IMG/VR virus record: IMGVR_UViG_3300033068_001847 | Location: 1-64,000 of that record | Length of the DNA stretch: 64,000 nucleotides | Source: a virus | Taxonomy: Duplodnaviria; Caudoviricetes | Direction: 5' to 3' (one strand) | Shown here: positions 51,387 through 61,169 of the stretch, piece after piece | Numbering within the stretch: the first letter of the stretch is position 1 | How the letters are laid out: every line of letters starts with the position of its first letter | Translations under genes and position numbers: made by a program | The notes under the pieces: model-generated | What the model was told of the DNA's origin: nothing | The model's input: the letters and a program-made list of their open reading frames with translations, nothing else | Database searches by the model: none

Positions 51387-51675
51387 AATTTAATTGTTTT
51401 ACCACTTTATCAAAATGGATTATTTTGTTTTTTATATCATCTATTGAATAATCTCCTAAAGAAAACCATTCACCTGCTTGCCTGCAATGTGTTAAATATC
51501 TATGCATCATTTTTTCCACTTCCTTTGCATAATCAGTTGTATATTCCCACACTGTAGCAATCTTCAATGAATTACCTGTTTGACATTGTTTTAATCTACC
51601 TTTAGATGAATTAGATTTAGTATGCCCAATCTTATATTCCCAAGTTCCTTCAGCATTTAAAATATATATAATCAT
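51358..51675 (-). CDS. GIY-YIG/T5orf172-family nuclease domain protein
   Basis: IYIL...YKIGHT...RL..QTGN...E..MH...GEWF; likely start MIIY at 51675. Confidence 0.8.
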   Translation of the reverse strand: MIIYILNAEGTWEYKIGHTKSNSSKGRLKQCQTGNSLKIATVWEYTTDYAKEVEKMMHRYLTHCRQAGEWFSLGDYSIDDIKNKIIHFDKVVKQLNYEEENSNRY

Positions 51676-51714
51676 GAGTGAAAAATAAAATATAGGTACT
51701 CGAAAGTCAAGTAT

Positions 51715-51748
51715 AAAAAAAGTCACCTATAAATTAATATAGATGACT
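51715..51748 (-). terminator. intrinsic terminator after phoH
   Basis: AGUCAUCUAUA/UAUAGGUGACU stem plus U run. Confidence 0.75.
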
Positions 51749-51771
51749 AATATGGATTAGAGTGTATTATC

Positions 51772-52578
51772 TTATTTTCCTTGTTCTTTGAACCTATCTA
51801 ATATTACTGAAATTATCTTATTTCTTACAATATCTTCTTTTCCAAATTCGAAAGTACCAATTCCTTCGATTCCTTGTAAATGTTCTACAACAAATGCTAA
51901 ACCACATTCATGTAACTTACTTTGTTTAAATCTATCACTTTGATCCATATCACCAGATAAAATGAATTTACAATCAGTACCTATTCTTGATAAAAGTGTT
52001 TTGATTTGTGGTATTGTGGTATTTTGTATTTCCTCACCTAACAATATTGCATTATCAATGTTTATACCTCTTAAATAACCTAAACCATAGATAACAATTA
52101 CTTTTTTATCAATCAAAGTTTTCATTGCTGATTCACCAATTATCTTTTTCATAAGATAATAAGTTGAGAAAACATATGGATCTAATTTCTCTTCAATAGT
52201 ACCCGGTAAAAATCCTAGTTTTTCATCAGCTTCAACTGCTGGCGTAGTAATAATAATTTGTTCGTAATTATTATTTAAATCAGATAATAATTGAAATGCT
52301 TTGTAAACAGCTAAATATGATTTTCCAGTACCTGCTGGACCTTTACATAAAGTGATTTCATTATCTTCAATTAATTTAAGAAAAGCTCGTTGTTTATCAC
52401 TTCTTGCTTTAACTCTAGGTAACTCACCACCTAGTGCTCTGTGAAAAATTGTTTTATTACTCAATTCAACCCCATTCAACCTATTTTCAATTTCCTTACC
52501 TGCTCTTTTTGAGATTTTTTCAGTTTCATCAGCTAATTTATATGCTGGTATCTTTGTTTTATTACGTGGTCCTGCCAT
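51772..52578 (-). CDS. phoH: PhoH-family ATPase
   Basis: GPAGTGKS, LGFLPG, YLRG, EEIQN, GDMDQSD, DIVRN. Confidence 0.93.
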   Translation of the reverse strand: MAGPRNKTKIPAYKLADETEKISKRAGKEIENRLNGVELSNKTIFHRALGGELPRVKARSDKQRAFLKLIEDNEITLCKGPAGTGKSYLAVYKAFQLLSDLNNNYEQIIITTPAVEADEKLGFLPGTIEEKLDPYVFSTYYLMKKIIGESAMKTLIDKKVIVIYGLGYLRGINIDNAILLGEEIQNTTIPQIKTLLSRIGTDCKFILSGDMDQSDRFKQSKLHECGLAFVVEHLQGIEGIGTFEFGKEDIVRNKIISVILDRFKEQGK

Positions 52579-52627
52579 TTAAAAAATTATTAATTAATCT
52601 TATATCCAAAATATAATAGATGATTAC

Positions 52628-52644
52628 AATTGTACAGTACAATT
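52628..52644. promoter_or_regulatory. 17-bp palindrome, operator-like
   Basis: AATTGTAC-A-GTACAATT upstream of phoH. Confidence 0.45.
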
Positions 52645-52680
52645 AATTTTTCATTTTTATATACTTGATCTTCAATAAGA

Positions 52681-53778
52681 TTATTTTATAAGTTTCACAT
52701 CTTTTATGAAACTTAATGCTGATCCAATTACTTGATGCATATCATAGTATTTATATTCAGCCAATCGTCCACCAAACTTTACATTATTCTCCAATTTAGA
52801 TAACTCTTTATATTTGTTATATATTTGCTGATTCTCTTCGTTATTAATTGGGTAAAATGGAGTTTCGTCTTTTGTCCATGTTATTGGATATTCCTTTGTT
52901 ATATATGTAAAAGGAGCTTTTTTATTTTCAAAGTGTTTCCATTCACTAATTCTAGTAAATGGTACATCTTCGTGTGTATAATTAATCACACTATTACCTT
53001 GAAAATCTTCAATTTCTAATCTTTCTGTTTCGAACCGTAATGATCTATAATTTAATTCACCAAATTGATAATTGTAGTATTCATCTATCCTACCAGTGAA
53101 TATGATATTTTCTGATAATGAATTTAAGTAATCCCTATCAAGAAAATAATCTGTATTTAATCGAACTTCTATTCCATCTAATAAATTTTCAAATATCTTA
53201 GTATAACCATCTTCAGGGATACCTTGGTAGATATCATCAAAATAATTATTATCAAAATTAGTTCGTATAGGTATTCTCTTTATAATAGATGCTGGTAACA
53301 GTTTTGGATCTGTCATCCATTGTTTTTTAGTATAGCCGTATATAAAAGTTTTATATATCTGTTCACCTACCATAGAAATAACATAATCTTCTAAATTTTT
53401 AGGATTATGTATTTCAATTTTTTCGCTATTAAGTTTCGCTATTGCCTGCTCTGGAGTTTTAACACCGTAAAGCTGGTACAGAGTAAATAAATTAATGGGA
53501 AATGAATATAAATTATCTTGGTAATTTACAATCGGGGAATATTTGAATTGGTTGAATGTAGTAAATCTATTTACGTAATCCCAAATTCGTTTAGAAGATG
53601 TGTGAAATATATGTGGACCATATTTATGTACATTTATACCATCCTTGTTCTCTGTATAACAATTACCACCTATGTGATCTCTTTTATCTATCACTAAACA
53701 CTTGTAACCTAAATCAGTTAATTCACGAGCACAAACAGAAGCATATAGACCAGAACCAATAATTAAATAATTATACAT
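52681..53778 (-). CDS. glf: UDP-galactopyranose mutase
   Basis: IIGSGL, HIGGNCY, HKYGPHIFHT, YTKKQW, GRLAEYKYYDMHQ. Confidence 0.95.
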   Translation of the reverse strand: MYNYLIIGSGLYASVCARELTDLGYKCLVIDKRDHIGGNCYTENKDGINVHKYGPHIFHTSSKRIWDYVNRFTTFNQFKYSPIVNYQDNLYSFPINLFTLYQLYGVKTPEQAIAKLNSEKIEIHNPKNLEDYVISMVGEQIYKTFIYGYTKKQWMTDPKLLPASIIKRIPIRTNFDNNYFDDIYQGIPEDGYTKIFENLLDGIEVRLNTDYFLDRDYLNSLSENIIFTGRIDEYYNYQFGELNYRSLRFETERLEIEDFQGNSVINYTHEDVPFTRISEWKHFENKKAPFTYITKEYPITWTKDETPFYPINNEENQQIYNKYKELSKLENNVKFGGRLAEYKYYDMHQVIGSALSFIKDVKLIK

Positions 53779-53786
53779 ATATTACA

Positions 53787-54023
53787 TTACCATCCTTCAA
53801 CAACTTTAATAAAGTGTACAACTTCTTTACCTGCTTCACCCTGATTTTCCAGTATCTTAACAATATGTCTTGAATCAAACTGAGCTACAGATAGTATATC
53901 ATAAAAGAATCTATAAATATCTACTTCGGAACATTTTCCATTTTCAACATCATGAACAAAATTTATTAAATCAGATGACATATGATTTATTTGTTGTTCT
54001 TCTTTAGTATATATTTTTCTCAT
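53787..54023 (-). CDS. hypothetical protein
   Basis: Likely start MRKIY. Confidence 0.6.
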   Translation of the reverse strand: MRKIYTKEEQQINHMSSDLINFVHDVENGKCSEVDIYRFFYDILSVAQFDSRHIVKILENQGEAGKEVVHFIKVVEGW

Positions 54024-54024
54024 A

Positions 54025-54654
54025 TTATTTTCTAAACGTCCAAAAGTTGTTCTCATAAATAGTTAGCTTATCAATTCCAACTACTGTTGCAAATTCATTT
54101 ACTGCTTTTTTAACATCTTGCCATGCTTCATAATCATCACCGAATATTATACCGTTAGGTGTAAGTAAATCGTAGTAAGCTTTAATATCTCTTATTACAT
54201 CCACATAATCATGGGATGCATCAATATAAATTAACTCAGCTTTCATTTTCTGGCTCTCGAAATATTTAGCTCCGATTAATGAAGTCATGGGTAATGGGGT
54301 AATGTAATCTTGAACTTCGTTATGTACTACATTTGATAAAAATTGATAATATATTTGGGGGTATCCGTTTTTTAATAAAAGATTACGTTCTGGTGTATCT
54401 TTTAGATCACCCCAAAACTCTAAAGCTCCAAGCCATGTATCTACACAGTAAATTTGAGTACTTAGTTTATTATCTTTGCAGTACTTACCCATATTTATTG
54501 CCGACTGACCTTTCCAAGTACCTACTTCAATAATAGTATCTGGATTACTTTCTTTAATTAAATCATGAAATATTGTAGATGATCCATTCCATCCCTGTAA
54601 ATCTTCAGTTAATAATTCTAAATTATTATATATGTCTTTTGTTATTATATTCAT
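54025..54654 (-). CDS. class I SAM-dependent methyltransferase (Methyltransf_24-like)
   Basis: IEVGTWKGQS, VDTW, IYIDASHDY, GDDY. Confidence 0.85.
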   Translation of the reverse strand: MNIITKDIYNNLELLTEDLQGWNGSSTIFHDLIKESNPDTIIEVGTWKGQSAINMGKYCKDNKLSTQIYCVDTWLGALEFWGDLKDTPERNLLLKNGYPQIYYQFLSNVVHNEVQDYITPLPMTSLIGAKYFESQKMKAELIYIDASHDYVDVIRDIKAYYDLLTPNGIIFGDDYEAWQDVKKAVNEFATVVGIDKLTIYENNFWTFRK

Positions 54655-55295
54655 TATGCTTCTATTACCCAATCCCTAACAAACCAGTTAGCTTTATATT
54701 TTATAAGTTCAATTTCTGGACAAACATTTATTTCTCGCTTAACATTATCAGAATATATATATTTATATGCTTCAATAATTGGTAATAGAGAAAAAGCATT
54801 TTTTGTTTTATCTACAAAAAATGCATCTTCATGTTTAACATAAAAATCTTTAGATTGATTTTCAATATTTATATTAGGTATTTTATGTTGAATAAAATCT
54901 ATTATATAATCACGTTTATATAAACCTATATTTGATGAAGGATATGTGGCAAATAAAGCTTTAGTAATTGTATTTTCATCAATTCTATTTTCTATTTTAT
55001 CTTTAAAATTTTCACCTACCTCACAGGTATCATGTAATAAAAAGAAATAATCATATTCTGGAAATAAATCATGTTTCACACATTCAATTAATGAAGTTAA
55101 ATCAAATGAATTTGTAGTAACATTTTTATGTTCGATCCAATTAAGATCATAAAAATCATTATTATCTTGACCTCCAACTGCTACAAAAATATCTGATTTA
55201 GGTATTTTAGCTTGTATTAATGAATGAAGTAATTTACCTATAGTTGTAGAATAATAATTTTTATGTGAACTTATTATATATTTAATCTTAGCCAT
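54654..55295 (-). CDS. glycosyltransferase-like protein
   Basis: YFFLLHDT DxD-like position; cluster context. Confidence 0.5.
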   Translation of the reverse strand: MAKIKYIISSHKNYYSTTIGKLLHSLIQAKIPKSDIFVAVGGQDNNDFYDLNWIEHKNVTTNSFDLTSLIECVKHDLFPEYDYFFLLHDTCEVGENFKDKIENRIDENTITKALFATYPSSNIGLYKRDYIIDFIQHKIPNINIENQSKDFYVKHEDAFFVDKTKNAFSLLPIIEAYKYIYSDNVKREINVCPEIELIKYKANWFVRDWVIEA

Positions 55296-56044
55296 TATAA
55301 TTTATCTCTGTTTTCTAAATAAAATTTCTCATAAGGGTATTGTTCATGCGTTTCATTTAATATTAATTTAGCAGGACAAATACCATGTTGTACTCCATAT
55401 ATCTCATCTATTGTAAATATTGTCTCATACATTATTTTGTTATTTAATAATGAATATTTGCCTTGTTTTATAACTTTAGTATTAGTAGGATTATGAGACA
55501 TATCTACATAATTAATAACTCCTAAGACGTAAGCCTGTTGAAAATTCTTTTTATAAGTATCAAAATACTTCCATTCAAAAAATCCATCTTCTTCACCAAT
55601 ACCTAATAATCTTTCATCAAAGAATCCGACATCCATGACCTCTTGTTTTTTAAGAACAACGTGACTCCAGCTATTATTAATTTTAAATGATGTTTGATGT
55701 TCTTCTATTAAAAGCTTTATATTATGTAAAAACCCTGCACTGTTAATAGCGATATCATCATTTAACATTAAAATATAATCTCCACTAGTATTAATAATTA
55801 TACTATTCCATAATTTACTCAATCCTCTGAATTCAGTAAACATAATCGGATATACCTGATCATAATTAGCGATTGTAGTTAAGATATCTTTTCTATAATT
55901 AGAATCAAATTTTTCCTTATGTTCCCCATTAATTGCTACGATAATTTCTAAGTCAGGTTCGTATTCATGAATTTGTGCCAGTAAAGGTTTGAAATATTTT
56001 TCAAACCTGTATTTAAATGTTGTTATTCCTATTGTTAATTTCAT
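55295..56044 (-). CDS. glycosyltransferase family 2
   Basis: GLSKLWN, MLNDD, FDERLLGIGEED. Confidence 0.8.
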   Translation of the reverse strand: MKLTIGITTFKYRFEKYFKPLLAQIHEYEPDLEIIVAINGEHKEKFDSNYRKDILTTIANYDQVYPIMFTEFRGLSKLWNSIIINTSGDYILMLNDDIAINSAGFLHNIKLLIEEHQTSFKINNSWSHVVLKKQEVMDVGFFDERLLGIGEEDGFFEWKYFDTYKKNFQQAYVLGVINYVDMSHNPTNTKVIKQGKYSLLNNKIMYETIFTIDEIYGVQHGICPAKLILNETHEQYPYEKFYLENRDKL

Positions 56045-56220
56045 TATTTTTTAATCTTGAATTTTTTAGCTTCACACCACTCTTCGAATGTCCAATTTTC
56101 TAATTCTTCATACCTAGGTAGAGTTTCAAGTTGTCGTTTCATTGTTCTTACCCGTTCACTCATTGTTATTTGAAAGATAGTGAATTCAGCTTTTAATAGT
56201 TTTAAAGGTCTTTCTGTCAT
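56044..56220 (-). CDS. small hypothetical protein (not in ORF track)
   Basis: 58 aa MTERPLKLL...KKFKIKK, overlapping both neighbours. Confidence 0.55.
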   Translation of the reverse strand: MTERPLKLLKAEFTIFQITMSERVRTMKRQLETLPRYEELENWTFEEWCEAKKFKIKK

Positions 56221-57074
56221 AATAATATTTCTTTTAATTTTTCATATAAATTATGTTGTTCGAAATATATTTCCTTATTTAAGATCGGAAAATGTTTCTT
56301 TATAAATGTTTGACCTATAATAGTTTTGATATCATCAACAATAGTTTCTGAATCTAAATTTATCAATTCGTGTCCAATTGGATTATAAACCTCTTCAATA
56401 TTCGGTGCTCCGTTGTATATGGGAATAGTATTACATAATACACAATCAATATATTTCTCAGTAATGTAATTTTTTTCATTACTGTTCTCAATAGCAATTG
56501 AGAATTCATATGGTAGTAATCCCTGAAATTTATTTTCTATTGCACCTTTGATTCTTTTATCTGTAAATGGTAATCCTCTACCGAAAATATCAATATCTAA
56601 ATCACTATTTAGAATCTGCTGAACAACGTTAATTCTTTTAGTATAATTAGCATAAGTCATATTCAAACCAGATACTATCATACTAATCTTTTTCTTTTTC
56701 TTTACTTTATCTGTACCTTTAAAGAAATTGTAGTTTACATGATCATGAAACCACATATAAGATGGAGTCTCAATTACACCAAGAAAATCTTCATCTTTTA
56801 TATTGAACAATGATTTATCATGTACAAGGATATAATCAGCATACGTATTGAATCGTTCATTCTGCCAAACAGGTGACCAACTAGGTTCTTGTACAATACA
56901 TATTACTTTAGCATTAGGATTATAACCTTCGATAAACTTGTTAAACACTACAGCTACCTCATAATCTTCACCAGTGGTGAACTGTAATAAATCATCATTA
57001 ATCGGATAATTATCCTTAAATCTTTTTAATAAAGAATCTGAAGAATCGTAATTACTAAAAAACTTTATTTTCAT
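56217..57074 (-). CDS. glycosyltransferase family 10 (fucosyltransferase-like)
   Basis: YEFSIAIENS...YITEK..DC...TIPIYNG. Confidence 0.8.
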   Translation of the reverse strand: MKIKFFSNYDSSDSLLKRFKDNYPINDDLLQFTTGEDYEVAVVFNKFIEGYNPNAKVICIVQEPSWSPVWQNERFNTYADYILVHDKSLFNIKDEDFLGVIETPSYMWFHDHVNYNFFKGTDKVKKKKKISMIVSGLNMTYANYTKRINVVQQILNSDLDIDIFGRGLPFTDKRIKGAIENKFQGLLPYEFSIAIENSNEKNYITEKYIDCVLCNTIPIYNGAPNIEEVYNPIGHELINLDSETIVDDIKTIIGQTFIKKHFPILNKEIYFEQHNLYEKLKEILL

Positions 57075-57076
57075 TC

Positions 57077-57760
57077 TTAAAGGTTTAACATATCCACTTG
57101 TTTTTTATATTGTTCTTGATCTTCAGGTTTCAAAGAATGATCATGCGGTAAATGATAAGGAACTATTGGTAGAAGCTTCTTCTTAAAACCTTTACCTTGC
57201 AAGCGATAGGATAGATCATTATCTTCACCACCCCAAACAATAAAATCTTCATTAAATTTATTTTCATTCAGAATTTTATTATTCATGATGAATAAACCAC
57301 CTAAATCTGGTTCAAACTGTCGTCCTAATGAATGTAACTCCTTAAAATTTACTGTTTCATTTTCAAAATCAATACCTGTTAAATTCATAACATCATTAAC
57401 CTTAAATACATAAAATTCATTATCCTTAATTTTCTTAAGCAAGTATATTAATGCATCATAATCTACAGGATCTATCAAAAGATCTGAGTCCATAACCGCT
57501 AGTATACATTCAGGTTCACTATGATAAACAATTACCTTATTTATCTTCTCAGAGCGTTTATAAGCCTTGTTCGGATATGGGATGTGAATTGCACCACCTA
57601 ACACATTAACCTCGCTGAAATCGAAGATAAATGATTCTATATCCAAACCTTTATCCTGAGCGTATTGTGTAAATTTATTAAGGTAACACCAAGAAAGATT
57701 AGTGTTAGCTAACCTCTTCTTGTCTGTCCCCCAAAATAAAATATTAATCTTTATTTTCAT
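57077..57760 (-). CDS. glycosyltransferase with GT7-like C-terminus
   Basis: DSD, FNEDFIVWGGEDNDL, YHLPH. Confidence 0.8.
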   Translation of the reverse strand: MKIKINILFWGTDKKRLANTNLSWCYLNKFTQYAQDKGLDIESFIFDFSEVNVLGGAIHIPYPNKAYKRSEKINKVIVYHSEPECILAVMDSDLLIDPVDYDALIYLLKKIKDNEFYVFKVNDVMNLTGIDFENETVNFKELHSLGRQFEPDLGGLFIMNNKILNENKFNEDFIVWGGEDNDLSYRLQGKGFKKKLLPIVPYHLPHDHSLKPEDQEQYKKQVDMLNL

Positions 57761-57935
57761 CTAATTCAATTTCCAACTTAATTATATAATCATCAACAAT
57801 ATGATCGTAAGACGTTATTATTTTTAATACTTTTATAGGTATATAAACTTCATTTCTACTATCATCTACATATTTCAATTTTAATTCCCTTGTTGGGAGA
57901 TCAAATAAATCAGCATATTTATTTAATTTGCTCAT
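57744..57935 (-). CDS. hypothetical protein
   Basis: 63 aa. Confidence 0.55.
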   Translation of the reverse strand: MSKLNKYADLFDLPTRELKLKYVDDSRNEVYIPIKVLKIITSYDHIVDDYIIKLEIELDENKD

Positions 57936-57936
57936 T

Positions 57937-58437
57937 TTAATGAAATGAATCTGTATCTCTGATATCTTTATTATCTATTACCTGTGCTGGAAAAAACTCT
58001 TTCTCAGCTTCTTTTTTACTCATCTCAACTACATCAGTCCAACTAGCTTTATGTATTTCTTGATCAACAATTATTTTCAAGTTTGGTGGTGTATATAAAT
58101 CTGACTTCATAACTTTACCATTTTCTTTATATAATACGTTACCATCAACATCTAATTTTGACATATTAGATCTTTGTACTTCATCAAATAATTTTTCAGC
58201 AATACCATGTAATCCAAATTCATTGTGACTACCTAATACTACATAAAGTAAATCAGTAAGTGCATCGGCTACACCTACAATATCATTTTCTAAATATGCT
58301 TCTTTAAGCTCTTCTAATTCTTCAGCTATTAAATCATATCTTAACTGACACCTCTCAATTGATGGGATTTGTGGTTTATCTAAAATTGGTTGTCCGAATG
58401 TTTTGTGGAATAATTTAACTTGATCTAATTGTTTCAT
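57937..58437 (-). CDS. MazG-like NTP pyrophosphohydrolase
   Basis: FHKTFG, EELEEL, VADALTDLLYV, EVQRSNMSK. Confidence 0.88.
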   Translation of the reverse strand: MKQLDQVKLFHKTFGQPILDKPQIPSIERCQLRYDLIAEELEELKEAYLENDIVGVADALTDLLYVVLGSHNEFGLHGIAEKLFDEVQRSNMSKLDVDGNVLYKENGKVMKSDLYTPPNLKIIVDQEIHKASWTDVVEMSKKEAEKEFFPAQVIDNKDIRDTDSFH

Positions 58438-58441
58438 ATAT

Positions 58442-58645
58442 TTATTTTTTATTTTTTATGTAATTTGTTACTCCGAAAATAATCGCAAAGCCTATCGTTA
58501 AACCTATAATTCCTATAATTAATGTAAATACTATAACAAGCGGTAACCATAATGGACATGTTACTATCCACCATGACCAATCCATTATACCTGTTAGTTT
58601 TAATATTAAAAAAATTAGGAATAAAATATGCTGCCCATTTTTCAT
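58442..58645 (-). CDS. small membrane protein
   Basis: LKLTGIMDWSWWIVTCPLW, a pattern common in phage membrane proteins. Confidence 0.7.
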   Translation of the reverse strand: MKNGQHILFLIFLILKLTGIMDWSWWIVTCPLWLPLVIVFTLIIGIIGLTIGFAIIFGVTNYIKNKK

Positions 58646-58650
58646 TTATT

Positions 58651-59448
58651 TTAATTTATCCATCCATCTACAGGAGGAATTTCTTCTTCAGGTTTAAGTG
58701 ATTCTAATAAAGCTGAAGCAATCCTTTTAACATCTGGTGTGAAAGAAGTATCTTCACCTAACATCCACTCAAGGAATCCCGGTTCTGTTATTGCTTTTTT
58801 ACCTTTATGTTTAACACCAAAATTAATTACATAATCACCGTCTTTATCCTTAATAAATTTACCAGAGATATCAACTAATTCCTTATCGTAATTTGCTATA
58901 AAAGCTAACTGAGCAAGATCATCAGGTAATTCATATTTTTCTAATTGTGCTTCTAATACTTCTAATGTAGCTTCAATATCAGCTTTTGCTCCATGTGAAT
59001 CTACTAAGTCTTTACCACAATAAAACTCATATGCTTTTGTTAATGTACGTGGTTCAAATTTTTTAAATAAATTACCAATATCAATTCTTTGAACAGTTGA
59101 ATAATCCCATTCTAAACCTGCTCTTAAGAATTCTGAATATAATAATGGGAAATCAAAACTGTTACTATTGAAACCAGCAACATCACAACCATCAATTAAC
59201 GCTAACATACTTTTAGATACCTTTTTAAAGGTAGGTTCGTTAGCCACCATCTCGTTTGTAATACCGTGTAGTTCGCTTGCTGTTTCAGAAATAGGTATTT
59301 CAGGATTTAATCTTCTAGTCTTAATTTCTTTTTTACCGTCTGGAAAATACTTTAGAATAGCTATTTCAACTATTCTATCTGTAGAAGTATCCAGTCCAGT
59401 AGTTTCTAAGTCAATAAAACAAATAGGTCTTTTTAATTTCAGTTTCAT
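58651..59448 (-). CDS. DEDDh 3'-5' exonuclease (Pol III epsilon-like)
   Basis: IDLETTG, GFNSNSFD, SHGAKADI; promoter at 59464-59494. Confidence 0.9.
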   Translation of the reverse strand: MKLKLKRPICFIDLETTGLDTSTDRIVEIAILKYFPDGKKEIKTRRLNPEIPISETASELHGITNEMVANEPTFKKVSKSMLALIDGCDVAGFNSNSFDFPLLYSEFLRAGLEWDYSTVQRIDIGNLFKKFEPRTLTKAYEFYCGKDLVDSHGAKADIEATLEVLEAQLEKYELPDDLAQLAFIANYDKELVDISGKFIKDKDGDYVINFGVKHKGKKAITEPGFLEWMLGEDTSFTPDVKRIASALLESLKPEEEIPPVDGWIN

Positions 59449-59481
59449 TAATTACGTTTTAAACTAAAATAGATCATAAAG

Positions 59482-59509
59482 AAAAAAAATCAAGTGATTA
59501 ACTTGATTT
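59482..59509 (-). terminator. intrinsic terminator overlapping next promoter
   Basis: AAATCAAGT-N5-ACTTGATTT plus U run on minus strand. Confidence 0.6.
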
Positions 59510-59524
59510 ACTTTATCAACCTTA

Positions 59525-59734
59525 TTATTCTGTAGGTGGTTTAGGCTTTCTTTTAGCAACAAATTTCTTTGATTTTACAGAAGGTTTTTTTAATTTAACA
59601 CCTTCATAAAAAACTTTGTCACCTGAATCAATTACTTCTTTAACGACATCTTCTTTTTTACAAGAACAATTAACACATTTACATTTTTTATTTGTCCTAA
59701 AAAGATTTAGGAATTGTTCATACAATTTTTTCAT
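59525..59734 (-). CDS. hypothetical basic protein
   Basis: 69 aa, CKCVNCSC. Confidence 0.6.
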   Translation of the reverse strand: MKKLYEQFLNLFRTNKKCKCVNCSCKKEDVVKEVIDSGDKVFYEGVKLKKPSVKSKKFVAKRKPKPPTE

Positions 59735-60621
59735 AATTTTTTACTGTTTTTAATTTTCTTTATTTCTTCTTCATCCCTTGCAACATAAATTGGATATTTG
59801 AATTCCTTACTTTTTTCTACTTGTTTTTTATATAAATCATCAAAATCTTTTGGTTTTTGAATTAAAGTATATCTATAATCAGTACTTATTCTTAGATCAG
59901 GTTTAAGTTGTAATAATACATATTCGTTAGATTCTAATTCTTTAACAGTTATTTTATCTTCAATTGTGGGATCATAATGTTTTATAGTTTTTAAAAATTC
60001 AGGACTTAACTGAGTTTCATAGTAAATAATTTCATAACTATCTGATCCAAACACATCAGTTTCAATAAAACTACGACCACCTGTAGGTTTTAATCTATCA
60101 GCCATCCTCAATTGTCTAATTCTTTCAATAACAAATGGTGGTGTATGATCAAGATCTATATTTACAGGTAACCCGTTAATAAAACTAATATTATATTTTT
60201 TGAATAACTCCATGTCATCCAATTCAATATATTCATTCTGTTTTCTATTCTCAATTTTATATAACCATTCTCCAAACTCTTCTGAAGCTTTTTTATCTCT
60301 TTCTTCGTATTTAACATCAATTATCTCAGTACGCCTTTTTTCATGGTCGTAATCACCGAGATCTAAACCATCATCAGATTTAATATTCCTTACAGTATCT
60401 TCAGGTTTAATCTCGAAAATAATTTCTTTTTTTTCCTTACCCTCTTCAACTATAGAAATTAATGGTACTTCTTGTGATAATGTTTGATTTTCCTTCTTTA
60501 AAAAAACAATTTCCTCAAATAATTCCAAAGAATCATCTTCTAAACACAATTTCTTTAGCTCAGTTATTCTTAAATTATTACTATCAATTCTAGCTTGAAT
60601 ATATTTTGGTAATTCTGGCAT
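59731..60621 (-). CDS. hypothetical protein
   Basis: 296 aa. Confidence 0.7.
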   Translation of the reverse strand: MPELPKYIQARIDSNNLRITELKKLCLEDDSLELFEEIVFLKKENQTLSQEVPLISIVEEGKEKKEIIFEIKPEDTVRNIKSDDGLDLGDYDHEKRRTEIIDVKYEERDKKASEEFGEWLYKIENRKQNEYIELDDMELFKKYNISFINGLPVNIDLDHTPPFVIERIRQLRMADRLKPTGGRSFIETDVFGSDSYEIIYYETQLSPEFLKTIKHYDPTIEDKITVKELESNEYVLLQLKPDLRISTDYRYTLIQKPKDFDDLYKKQVEKSKEFKYPIYVARDEEEIKKIKNSKKL

Positions 60622-61169
60622 TATTTTGTATTTTTAAGGTGATTATACATCTCACCGTAATTTACGGTAGGTTCACTTATAATATTATCTTTCTTTGGTT
60701 TTATTTTTTTAAGTTTTGGATTCACCTCATACCTTGTCCTTGTAGTAATACCATTATCAATTTTACTATCAATAGCTACAAAATGACTTTCTTTACCATT
60801 GGATGGGTAAATTTCTGTATCTTTAATATTTTTCCAAAGTTCTTTTTCTTTGACAATTAATTGATTTTGATCTTTAAACGGACCTTTTTTATTCAAGAGC
60901 ATTTTAGCTATCTGTGAATTACTATACTTTGGTTTCTTTTTAAGTTTAGGTAACTGAATTTCAATTTTAAAATCAGTACCCTCTGAAATAGTATATCCAA
61001 ACCAGTTTAATATCGTTTCAAATAATCTTTTAAAAAAACCTACATTTTTTTTCTTAGGTAAATTCTTCAGATTTACTTGACTTGTATAGTAAGTTTTACT
61101 CTTAACAATATCTGTAGATTCGGTTTTTTTACCACTTAATAAATCTTTTAATAATTCTTCTTTTTTCAT
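60621..61169 (-). CDS. hypothetical basic protein
   Basis: 182 aa. Confidence 0.7.
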   Translation of the reverse strand: MKKEELLKDLLSGKKTESTDIVKSKTYYTSQVNLKNLPKKKNVGFFKRLFETILNWFGYTISEGTDFKIEIQLPKLKKKPKYSNSQIAKMLLNKKGPFKDQNQLIVKEKELWKNIKDTEIYPSNGKESHFVAIDSKIDNGITTRTRYEVNPKLKKIKPKKDNIISEPTVNYGEMYNHLKNTK

